A stretch of DNA of 63,970 bases, filler included, from Octopus bimaculoides (taxonomy: Eukaryota): NCBI RefSeq assembly GCF_001194135.2. It is 7 parts of 7 records of this genome, joined end to end, with 100 filler letters (N's around TTAATTAATTAA, not from the genome) between each part and the next. Parts side by side here need not be neighbours in the genome. Positions count along the whole stretch, not along the records: positions 23,265 to 30,309 come from NW_026431503.1; positions 30,410 to 61,530 come from NC_068983.1; 5 more parts are not named here. One strand, written 5' to 3'. Of this stretch, positions 26,171-37,943 are shown one piece after another. The first letter of the stretch is position 1. Each line of letters opens with the position of its first letter. A program made the position numbers and the translations under genes. The notes beneath the pieces are model-generated. The model was not told the DNA's origin, ran no database searches, and saw only the letters and a list, made by a program, of their open reading frames with translations.

Positions 26171-26343
26171 GGTGTGCGTGTGTTGTTGATATGTCTGAGC
26201 ATAAATATAGAGATATGAAAAGCTTGATAGACAGGCAGATAGTCATACCGTAAAATGGATGAATGAGTGGTTGTGTGCATATACAGTGATGTATGTATGT
26301 ATGCATGTATGTATGTATGTATGTATATATGTGTGTATGTCTC

Positions 26344-26388
<45 letters not shown>

Positions 26389-26454
26389 ACACACATATAT
26401 ATACTATTACACAAATACACACAAATGTATATACGTATTAGTAATCTTAATATA

Positions 26455-26489
<35 letters not shown>

Positions 26490-26808
26490 NNNNNNNNNNN
26501 NNNNNNNNNNNNNNNNNNNNNNNNNNNNNNNNNNNNNNNNNNNNNNNNNNNNNNNNNNNNNNNNNNNNNNNNNNNNNNNNNNNNNNNNNNNNNNNNNNNN
26601 NNNNNNNNNNNNNNNNNNNNNNNNNNNNNNNNNNNNNNNNNNNNNNNNNNNNNNNNNNNNNNNNNNNNNNNNNNNNNNNNNNNNNNNNNNNNNNNNNNNN
26701 NNNNNNNNNNNNNNNNNNNNNNNNNNNNNNNNNNNNNNNNNNNNNNNNGTGTGTGTGTGTGTATTATACGTGTTGTTTTCCAATACCTATCCTCAAAAGA
26801 TTCACAAA

Positions 26809-26841
<33 letters not shown>

Positions 26842-27523
26842 CCCTTACTGCTGCTACTGATAATAGTGGGGGTTTCTGTTATCGGGTAGAAAGTCCCAAA
26901 ACATTGAAGACAGCACAAAAGAACGAATTGCGACGTACGTAAAAAAGGCGAAGTTTACATCGATCAAAGAAGAAACAACAACTTGGATGTGGCAAATATA
27001 TATCGAGATAGTCATATCAGATTTAGCTGATGTTTTCTATAATCGTCGCCGGAGACCCATTAATTCATGAAATTAGAAGAAATATAAGTACAGGGCTTAC
27101 AACATATGGATTCGGATAAAACAAAATAATATGCAATATATAAGAAAAAAAAAGTTGATGGTGGTTGGAGATGTTATATAATAAATATATTGGATATGTT
27201 AAACATTGGATGTGAATTAGAATACACAAAACAAATAATTAAATTTAAACAATAAACACAATGATTAAAAAATATATTTAATTTTACGAAAAACAAATCA
27301 TTTAGGTAACTCACTCATACACGTGTTTCATCGGGTCATCTAGTTGGTAGGATGAAACACGTGTATGCCCAACTACCGTTGATATTGAAATCAAGTACAC
27401 TCAAAGGGAGGAACGGGGCTTCGGCATCATTAGCTGCTGCGACTGAAGACGGGGCAATCGCCTCCACCATTTTCAGTGCTTCGAATATCTGTGCTTCGGG
27501 AAACAACGGCCTTCAGAACTTAC

Positions 27524-27533
27524 CGTTGTTCAT
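27524..27533 (-). CDS. Putative first coding exon (ATG AAC AAC G) of an unrecognised small gene
   Basis: aacATG (A at -3) followed by G|GTAAGT, a consensus donor, in CpG-containing unique sequence. Confidence 0.45.
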
Positions 27534-28225
27534 GTTTCAGTTGTTGTTTGTGTCTGTAGTTTTCTAGTTTTTCTGAAAAAAAAATGAAAAAAAAAAGAAA
27601 AAGAAAACTCGCTGAAGTGGCTGCTATTGCTAGAAGTATAGCAACTGGATTTTTCTGCCTTTTGTCGCCTTGTCTCGTTGCTTTGCATTCTGCACCCAAA
27701 GACTATAAAGCTCTGTAATGATTCTACGTTGTTTTCCTGCCTAAATAATAGGGAACCAGCTTACGGGTCGAGTATGTCACGTACGATTTGGGTTTGCGCT
27801 TTCGACTGTCCTCTGTTTTAAAGATGACACATAGTACCACACGGTATCCCTCTCTCAATGAAGGAAATATTTCTCTTACGATATCACGATAACTGCCAGG
27901 GTTGTCTTCAACTCTTGTTTGACTGAGACCAAAAGAGAAAAATCTGCTGTTTTCTTTGAAAAGCAGAAGTTACTTTTCATAAGATTGTGCTCATGATAAT
28001 TGCGACATTGGAAACTGTAAACTAAGATGTAGACAAATGGTTAAAGAGGAGTGGAATAGAATGTCGTGTGGAGCTTCTACAGAATGTTTGGATCTTAGGG
28101 ACAGGAAAGATTATCAGAAGGGTTCTAAGCACTTGAAAGACTGCTGAAAGCTTGTGGATACTGGTAATAACCTGCTACCCACGTAAATCCTATCAATAAT
28201 CAGACCCAACTTGAGTCAAATCAAT

Positions 28226-28598
<373 letters not shown>

Positions 28599-28603
28599 AA
28601 ATC

Positions 28604-28639
<36 letters not shown>

Positions 28640-29425
28640 TATTATTATTATTATTATTACTATTATTATTATGGGGTGTAAGAGAAGGGTATTTGTTTCA
28701 AACTTTTGACAAAAAGCCAACAATTNNNNNNNNNNNNNNNNNNNNNNNNNNNNNNNNNNNNNNNNNNNNNNNNNNNNNNNNNNNNNNNNNNNNNNNNNNN
28801 NNNNNNNNNNNNNNNNNNNNNNNNNNNNNNNNNNNNNNNNNNNNNNNNNNNNNNNNNNNNNNNNNNNNNNNNNNNNNNNNNNNNNNNNNNNNNNNNNNNN
28901 NNNNNNNNNNNNNNNNNNNNNNNNNNNNNNNNNNNNNNNNNNNNNNNNNNNNNNNNNNNNNNNNNNNNNNNNNNNNNNNNNNNNNNNNNNNNNNNNNNNN
29001 NNNNNNNNNNNNNNNNNNNNNNNNNNNNNNNNNNNNNNNNNNNNNNNNNNNNNNNNNNNNNNNNNNNNNNNNNNNNNNNNNNNNNNNNNNNNNNNNNNNN
29101 NNNNNNNNNNNNNNNNNNNNNNNNNNNNNNNNNNNNNNNNNNNNNNNNNNNNNNNNNNNNNNNNNNNNNNNNNNNNNNNNNNNNNNNNNNNNNNNNNNNN
29201 NNNNNNNNNNNNNNNNNNNNNNNNNNNNNNNNNNNNNNNNNNNNNNNNNNNNNNNNNNNNNNNNNNNNNNNNNNNNNNNNNNNNNNNNNNNNNNNNNNNN
29301 NNNNNNNNNNNNNNNNNNNNNNNNNNNNNNNNNNNNNNNNNNNNNNNNNNNNNNNNNNNNNNNNNNNNNNNNNNNNNNNNNNNNNNNNNNNNNNNNNNNN
29401 NNNNNNNNNNNNNNNNNNNNNNNNN

Positions 29426-29426
29426 N

Positions 29427-29466
<40 letters not shown>

Positions 29467-29987
29467 TTTATTATTCGTAATAGAAGTAGTGTAGCAGCAG
29501 TAAGAGGAAGAGGAAGAGTATGGGGAGGAGTTACCAAGCAGAGTAATCAATCAATACTTATTAATCTTTTCATCTTTTGTTGATTAAACAATGTTGTTGT
29601 TTTCTTCGTCAATAAATAAATATTGCCGATGTTGTTGTTGTTGTTGTGGTCAGTGTTGTAGTTTGTTGTTATTGTTGTTGCTGCTGTTGATGCTAGTAAT
29701 GGTGAGGATGGTGACGGTTTTGTTGTCGGTGATGTTACTCTCGTAATTATTGTAGATGTTGTCGTAATTTGCGTTGTCAGTTATTGATGGTGATGCTATT
29801 CGTGATGATAATGACGACGACGATGATGATGATGATGTATGTATTGTTGTCGTTGTTTTTGTTGATGTATGCATTGTTGTCGTTTTTGTCGTTGTTGTTG
29901 TTGCTGCTGTTACTTACACGCCTAAATATAGACAGCGAATACAGACACTTAGATGAAAAAAAATATTACGGCTGATGCTATTGATGT

Positions 29988-30042
<55 letters not shown>

Positions 30043-30290
30043 GAGGAGCAAGAGCAAGAAGAGGCAGAGGAGGAGGAGGAGGAAGGAGGGAGGCAGAAGA
30101 AGAATGGCAAAGTGGATGAGATTCATCCTACATCCCCCTCCTCCTCCTCATCATCATCATCACCAACACCACCACTGCCACCATCATCATCGTCGTCGTC
30201 GAATTCATCATCATCATTGTCGTCGTCATCGTCTTTGTCGCCGTCCAATCATCATCATCATCATCATCATCATCATTATTATTCAGAAAA
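29426..30290. repeat. Mixed trinucleotide tracts (TAT, GTT, GAT, GAG, CAT)
   Basis: Read directly from the sequence. Confidence 0.9.
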
Positions 30291-30409
30291 ACATAACCGA
30301 AAATCGTGTNNNNNNNNNNNNNNNNNNNNNNNNNNNNNNNNNNNNNNNNNNNNTTAATTAATTAANNNNNNNNNNNNNNNNNNNNNNNNNNNNNNNNNNN
30401 NNNNNNNNN

Positions 30410-30429
<20 letters not shown>

Positions 30430-30445
<16 letters not shown>

Positions 30446-32090
30446 ATGTATATAGTTGAAATTTATAGAAAAACAAAAGACGAAGGCAGGTGTATAAGCA
30501 ACAAGGAGGTGTATTAATTTGACACTTGGGAAGGCGAGAAAGTCTTTTATGTTTCGAGCCTACACTCTTCATCAGAAAGGAACATGAGGAAATAAACAGA
30601 GAGAGAATAACAAAAAACTTGTGGATTTAGCGATCAATCATGGCGACTGGTTGGACAAAGGTAGTTGGACAGGAGAGCTAGGAAGAAGGGGAGATAATAA
30701 AGTACTGGTGATCCCAAAACGAAGGTGCGCATGTGAGCGTGTGTGTGGGTGTGGATAGGGGCTAGTGACTTTGATATGTGTATGTGTGCGTGTGTGTGTG
30801 TGTGTGCGTCTGTAATGTGTGGGTGTGTGGATGATGGTGTGGGTACTGGGAAGTGCTAGTGTGTGCAGAGTGGTGTGGTGTGGCGGTGTTGGGGTGTGGA
30901 GAAGTGAGGGTGGGGTTGTAGGGATGGAGTATGTGGGAGTGGGATTGTGGGGTGGGGTGTGGATGGAGGGGATATCAATGAAGGGAGAAGGTGGGTAAGA
31001 GTGAAGAGAGGAGGGGATTCAGATGAAGAGAGGAGGGAAGTTGAGCCCATGTGGCACAAAGGAGTGAAGAGAGAAGATTGATTCCTGTTTGTGGCGAAGG
31101 AAGGAGTCCGGATGGCTACTGTGCAAAGACAATCCAAACACAGACAGATGTTGTAATGAATGACTAGCAGAGTGGAAATGGTGCGAGACTGGGGTGTCAT
31201 TGCTGAGTCTAATGACTCAGAGGTGCTCTGTGAACTGCTCAGCCGAGCAGCGTCCCATTTAACCGATGTACAGAGAAGGGCAGAAAGAGCAGGAAATGCA
31301 GTAAATGACATTGCTAGAAGTGCAGGTAAAGGAGCCAGTGATATGACAGGGATGATGATGGGTGCCTGTGAAGATGGTGGTGTTGGAGAGGTAGGGGCAA
31401 GTGCAACAACGTGGGTGGGAGTAGGGGAACGAGCCAGATTGGGAGGTAGGGTTAGGGAAGAAACTGTGGACCAGGAGGTCATATAGGTTGTGAGCTCATT
31501 TGAAGGAGGGAAGGGGTAAGTTGGGGAAGATGTGTGAAGTGGAGGGATTGAAATGGAGTTGCCAGAAGGCTTGGAGAATGGTGCATTGGATGAGTGGGGT
31601 GGAGGGGTGGTAGGTGAGGAGAAATGGGAGATGGGCAACAGCGGGGCAGGTATGAGGAGAGAGAGCAGAAGCATGGTCCATGCAATGTGCTCTGGCAAGG
31701 GCGGTGTGGATAGTGGTGAGGGGATATCCATGAAGGATGAAGTGGCGAGCCATGAGTTGAGACTGAGTCATGGTTGTCACTGCAGAGCCTGCGCAGATGG
31801 AGGAATTGGGAGTAGGGAATGGAGCTTGGTGTGGGTAGGGTGGGAGGAGGAGAAGTTGAGGTATGAGTGTGAGTTGGTGTGTTTGTAGTGGATGGAGGTA
31901 GTGAGAGTGGAGTCATGTATGTTGATCAAAATGTTGAGAAAGGCGATGGAAGTGTTGGAAATGGTGCTGGAGAATTCGAGGGCGGGGTGGAAAGATTGGA
32001 CAAAAGAGCAGAAGGAGTCTAGTTGTTCATGGGAGAGTGAGGTCGCACCAATACAGTCCTCTATATAACAACCTTATAGTTTGGGAGTGA
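30430..32090 (-). mobile_element. 5'-truncated Penelope-like element (RT C-terminal part, GIY-YIG endonuclease, 3' pseudo-LTR)
   Basis: YIED (decayed YIDD), SIPYSQFLHLRRLCS and FTCTSSNVIYCISCSFCPSLYIG (GIY-YIG). Stops and frameshifts present. Confidence 0.9.
30544..30580 (-). ncRNA. Minimal type I hammerhead ribozyme motif (degenerate) in the Penelope pseudo-LTR
   Basis: CCUUU-CUGAUGA-A-GAGU(GUAG)GCUC-GAA-ACAU-A-AAAG: conserved core with stems I and II. Confidence 0.65.
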
Positions 32091-32099
32091 GACCAGTGA

Positions 32100-32765
32100 A
32101 TCTTGAAAATTTTCTCTCACACACTGTCTTGCAATCCGAAATACTTCAGTTCGTTGGTCCTCATGTCACTGAACATTGGCAAACTTCTTCTTTTCTGCTT
32201 CTCCCTTGGCTATGTATACTTGTCACTCAGCTTCCCTTCTGGCTATCTTGTACAGTTCCCTGCTACCCTCACTCTTCCAGGCTTTCCAGGCCTGTTTCTT
32301 TGCTCTAATGGCCTTGTCTACTGTATTATTCCACCACCACGTTACTCTAGTTCTGGAAGGGACTTTGCACCAGCCGCAGATTTGGTCTGTGGCACTCAGT
32401 AAACTGTCCTATAGGAATTTCCCATTACCCACTATGTCCAAAGTCTGTAGCTCCTCCTACTTCTCATCAAATTTCTCAGTGAGGATATCCCTAAATCTCT
32501 GACCATGTGAATGGTTTTTTTAGCTTCCAAATCCTTCTTTTCTGGATTGGTCTGCCTCTTGGCATCCTTCTGGTCTTGAGTCTAAAGTCACTAATAACTA
32601 GTCTATGCTGGGAGGTACATTCTTTACCAGGGAGGGTCTTTGTATTTAAGAGCAACTCTGCATCCTGCTGTCTGGTGAAGATCAAATCAATCTGGCTAGC
32701 AGAGACACCATGCACAGAAAATAGACTCCATCAACTGCCAGTAGGGCAAGCTAGAGGTAATAGAT
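32100..32765 (-). mobile_element. RTE ORF2 fragment (APE endonuclease C-terminus and linker), degraded
   Basis: SQIDLIF...ECTSQHRLVISDF (APE motifs IDxI and SxHR), followed by the linker VTWWWNN. Confidence 0.85.
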
Positions 32766-32774
32766 AGCTTTTGT

Positions 32775-33805
32775 TATCTAGTTGACCAAGTTAGTAGTGG
32801 AGGTGAATGCTCTGAGAGTGTTGGTGTGAGAATAAGATTAGGCTGAGCAAAGTTCAGAGAGCTCCTACTTCTGCTGACAACAAAGGCCTCTCTCTCAGTG
32901 TGAAAGGCAGATTGTTTGATGCCTGTGTGTGAACAGCTATACTGCATGGCAGTGAAACATGGGTTATGACAGCCGAAGACATGCATAAGCTTAAGAGAAA
33001 TGAAGCCAGTATGCTTCACTGGATGTGCAATGTCAGTGTGCATGTTTGACAGTGTAAGCATCTTGAGAGAAAAGTTAGGCATAAGAGGAATCAGATGTGG
33101 TGTGCAAGAGAGACGACATGTGCTGGTATGGTCATGTGATGCTTATGGATGAGGACAGCTGTGTAAAGAAGTACTGATCTCTAATTGTGGAGGGTAAATT
33201 GTGATAGAGGTAGACCCAGGAAGACATGGGACGAGGTGGTGAAGCATGATCCTCAAACTCAGAGCCTGACTAGTGACAAAGACCTTTGGCGATGTGCTGT
33301 GCTTGAGATGACCTGTCAAGCCAAGTGTACCTGTGATGGTGGCACGTAAAGAACATCTTTTGAATGTTGGGCCTCATGGAGGCAAAGTGGCTGAGCTCCT
33401 CTTGCTCGTTGGGCCTGAGGGAGGCAAAGTGGCTGATTTCTTTTGAGTGATGGGCCTCACAGGGGCAATGACCAAGACCTTTGGCATTATGCCATGCTTG
33501 AGAAGACCCATCAAGCCTAGCAAAATCGCAGTTGTGGCAGGTACCGGTGTCACGCAAATTGGCATCTGTGCCAGTGGCCCATAAAAAGCACCCTGGTGTC
33601 ACACAAATGGTACCCATGCCAGTAGCATGTAAAAGCACTCATTACACTCTTGGAGTGGTTGGCAATAGAAAGGACATCCAGCCATAAAATCCATGCCAAA
33701 TTAGACTGGAGTTTGGTGCAACCTTTCAGTGTACCAGCTCATTCAAACCATTCAACCCATGCCAGCATGGACAACAGACGTTAAATGATGATGATGATGA
33801 TGATA
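32775..33805 (+). mobile_element. RTE 3' part (post-RT region, 3' UTR, (GAT)n tail)
   Basis: DQVSSGG.CSESV..RIRLG.AKFRELL; homologous to 54470-55330. Confidence 0.85.
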
Positions 33806-34054
33806 TGTGACCAGGTTTATGTATGAATTCGACAAACACACTAATAACTGAGTCAAACAGCAAAACATGAACAAAATCCAATGAACTGATGGTTACATAC
33901 CAGACTTGGAGTAACCATTTCATCACTACCATTATTATCATTGATGTCCATTTTTCTATGCTGCCATGGGCTGGACAAGACTTCTTGAGACATACCATAT
34001 GGTTTTTCCTAACATCAACTCTTTAGTGTTTTTAATATGAGGCCCAATGAAGAC

Positions 34055-34262
34055 AGTAAGCTGGCAGAAATGTTAGCATGCCAGGCGAAATGCATAGCAG
34101 TATTTCATCTGTTTTACGTTCTGAGTTCAAATTCCAATGAGGTCAGCTTTGCCTTTCTTCCTTTTGAGGTCAATAAATTAGGTACCAGTTGCATACTGAG
34201 GATTGATCTAATCAACTGGCACCCCGCTCCCCAAAAATTCTTGTGCCTAGAATAGAAAAGAA
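34055..34262 (+). mobile_element. SINE family D
   Basis: agctggcagaa...ctgagttcaaattcc...ggtaccagtt. Confidence 0.7.
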
Positions 34263-34752
34263 TATGAGGCCCAATTAAAGCAATGGGTTCATTTGTCCTC
34301 AAAGTCAGTATCATAAGTTTCACAAGAGAGATGTATTCCAGGAATATCTGTGGTTATACAAATTCTTGAGATAATTTTCAAGAAACCAAAGTGACAGAAG
34401 AATTTGTCTGATAAAAGCAAAAGACATTTTGCTTTAGCCTGAAATAATTAATTACGAACTTTATCATATCTCCTCAGATTAAGCTAACTATTAAAAAAAA
34501 ATGTCTAAAAATATTATAAATCCATTTTTTTTCAGAAAAGATATTGTTTGTATGTATGTATGTATGTATGTATGTATGTGTGTGTATGTATGAATATATG
34601 TGTGTAGTGTGTATAAGCATACACATACCTGAACATAAACATACAATACAATAACATCAAATAATTATGCAGTATGTAAAAAAAAAAAAATAAATAAAGT
34701 AGAAATGCAGGAAGCAAACAAGTTCAGAAGAGGAGAGTAAGAGAGAGTGTGT

Positions 34753-34795
<43 letters not shown>

Positions 34796-34954
34796 GGAAA
34801 ACACAGAAGAAATAAAGATATAGAGAACTATCTCTGGAATTTCACACAGAGCATGGTTTTTACAATGTATATCTTTATACAAAATAAATGTTTGCATTTC
34901 ATAAAAAAGGCACTGTTTCAATTTGTGAAATTATTTAGTTTTATTATTTTTTGT

Positions 34955-34987
<33 letters not shown>

Positions 34988-35264
34988 TTACTTATTTATT
35001 TGGTGCCACACCAAATCTTTTGCAATGGATATTTAAATGAATGTCTTTCCTTTCTAACATATATTTCCTGGCTGGATATCAAATTATATTGACTCTTGAG
35101 ATTTATCATTTCCACCAACTTTGTCCTTAATGAACTGGTGAGAGAGACTCTGGATGATTGTGTGATCTGCTTGAAACAGTAGTAACATCTCCCTCAAATC
35201 ACACCATATCTTAAAAAAGAGTTAGGATTTTGGACAGTGTAATCAAAGATATACTGTAAGTGTA

Positions 35265-35585
35265 GGCATAGCTGTGTGGTTAAGAAGCTTGCTTGGGTTC
35301 AGTTCCACTGCACAGCAATAGCTCTGGGCCAACCAATACCTTGCGAGTGAATGAAGAAGATATGAACTGTGTGGAAGCTTGTCATGTATATGTGTCTGTG
35401 TCTTTGTGTTTGTCCCATCACTGCCACTTGACAACCCATGCTGGTTTGTTTATGTCCCTCAGACCAACAGAATAAGTACCTGACTCAACAAAATTCATAC
35501 AGAGGTTGATTTGTTCAACTAGAACCTTTCAAAATTGTGTCACAGCATGGCTGCAGTCTAGTGACTGAAACAAATAAAAGATAGA
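35265..35585 (+). mobile_element. SINE family B, diverged
   Basis: Head gcatagctgtgtggttaagaagcttgc and tail gactgaaacaaataaaaga. Confidence 0.75.
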
Positions 35586-35874
35586 AAGAGTGAAATGGAA
35601 TGGTCTGTCATGCTTGGAATGCCTTTGATCACAGGCTCACTTGAGAACAAGAACAATGTCATCGCTGTGAATATTAGTTTTTGTTGTTTCTTTACTAGTT
35701 ACAAAGCCTAATATTTTAAAAGAAAAAGTATGAAAACTTATGATCCAAATTAAGTACCCAATAGTGGTGTTGCTCAGCACTAATATTGATGAGTGTTCCA
35801 GCAGTTCATTGTTGCGTTCAACTTTTCCTGTGGGCAACATCGTTCATAGATGAACCAGATCCTCCCTCTAATGT

Positions 35875-36265
35875 TTTGTTGTTGTTGTTGGCACTCCATT
35901 GCTTATGACGTCGAGAGTTCCAGTTGATCCGATCAACGGAACAGCCTGCTCGTGAAATTAATGTGCAAGTGGCTGAGCACTCCACAGCCACATGTACCCT
36001 TAACGTAGTTCTCAGGAATATTCAGCGTGACACAGTGTGACAAGGCTGGCTCTTTGAATTACAGGCACAACAGAAACAGGAAGAAAGAGTGAGAGAAAGT
36101 TGTGATAAGAGAGTACAGCAGGGTTGGCCACCATCCCCTGCCGGAGCCTCGCGGAGCTTTAGGTGTTTTCATTCAATAAACACTCACAACGCCCGGTCTG
36201 GGAATCAAAACCGCGATCCTATGATCGCGAGTCCGCAGCCCTAACCACTGGGCCATTGCGCTTCC
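35875..36265 (-). mobile_element. SINE family A, full length, with TSD
   Basis: Reverse complement of family A; tcctccctctaatgt is repeated on both sides. Confidence 0.9.
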
Positions 36266-37772
36266 TCCCTCTAATGTATACCTAGTGATACTTACATTTG
36301 TAAAAAAGATGGGTTGGTCATCATTATAATGTCTTTGATCAAAAGTCTGTTAAATGAGGTAAGATCAGGGGTTAAATACTAACATAGTTGGGAGATGTTC
36401 TTGCTCAAATACAATGCATGGAGGCAAAGTCTTCAGCAAAAAGCTTCGATGGATTATGGCCATCACCACCACTGCTACCATCAACAGTCTCTACAGGATA
36501 TAATTAAAAGAATACATCTATTTCTGGTACGTATACTTAATGGATATCAGTAAGCTGTTGGTAGTGTCAGATGAGGTCTAACACTAAGATTTCTGCTACT
36601 CCACTATTTACCATTTTTAATTAATAATGATCTCCTACATTATAATGGAGTTAAATTTTGGGAGTGGGGAGAAGTCAAATGAACTCCAGTTTAATTTAAA
36701 TTCAGTGTATAGATTTGGTTTTATATTGCAATAGTGTTGTTGGTTCCAGGTTTCCAGAACTACTTTGATTATGTTTAACTTCATTTCCTGCTCCAGGAAT
36801 AATGTTTCCACTTAATAGTGAAGCTTTCTTTCCAAATCACTACTCTTTAAATAGAATGTGCAAATAAAATCTGTTTGTATTTATCTAGTAAGGGAGAAAG
36901 TGTCAGCTGATCAGAACAACTGATTTTGCCAATGGCTCCAACATCTATACAACACGGATAGAGTGCCTCAAGAGATAGTACTGGATTTAGCTCATGCACA
37001 TTCACACTCCATTTTACTATCACATGTTTGCAACTGAAGAAACAGAAAGGTATCACATCTGTTGTCACATTTGCAGACAATCCATCCCCAATGACAGTGT
37101 GTCTGCATGAAATTTTCCTACATGTTATGGAAAAAGTTGTTTAATATATTTGTATACATTAGTATTGTGCCATGTAAAAAAAGTGCTCAGTACACTCTGT
37201 GAAGTGGTTGACATTAGGAACAGTACCCAACCATAGAATCCATGCCAAAGCTAGCAATTGGAGCCTGGTCTAGCTCTTCTGTGCCTGTCAAACTGTCCAA
37301 CACATGCTAGCATAGAAAATGGATGTTAAGTGATGATGATAACAAGTGTTATCTTTCATAGCTGTCTGTTTTAGAGGCTTTGTGGTAGAGAGTTTTTTAT
37401 TTTTATTCCTTCCCAGATCAATGTTTCTTGTAAAATATTTGTTGGCTTTAAAATTCAGCTCTCAAGCTTTCTTTCCAGGTAACTGCAAAGACGAGAAATG
37501 ATGGTTGTTAACGAAAATCTTGTAGTACCTCACTTACCTAGTCCATTGCATTGCTTTAAGGATTGAATAGCAAAACTTTCTCTCTTGTATCTCTATCAAC
37601 CACCTCATTTCTGCTAATTAAAATTCTTTGTCAGAGGAAGAGTTGTATATGTGTTGTTGCCTCCCAGAAGAAGCAATACAAAAAAACATAAGAACAGCAG
37701 TCCTTTCCTACATCTATTAAGATATGAATTGCACCTTTTCATGACTCTGCTACATCAACATATATTGTTTAA

Positions 37773-37943
37773 AAAGTTAAAGAAGTGATTTTAAATTCTC
37801 AATCGCAGAATAATGCTAATAATATAGCCTGAACAGGATAAACAATCCCTATTTTGCAGAGAAAAGTGTAGGTGGCTAGCTGTTCAGGCTATATTATTAG
37901 CATTATTCTGCGATTGAGAATTTAAAATCACTTCTTTAACTTT
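37773..37943. repeat. Perfect inverted repeat, 64-bp arms, 43-nt loop
   Basis: 37773-37836 is the exact reverse complement of 37880-37943. Confidence 0.97.

Noticed and set aside
37538-37613. Minus 76-bp AG/GTAAGT-bounded segment (EMRWLIEIQERKF...)
   Set aside because: One open frame, but no recognisable homology and no partner exon.
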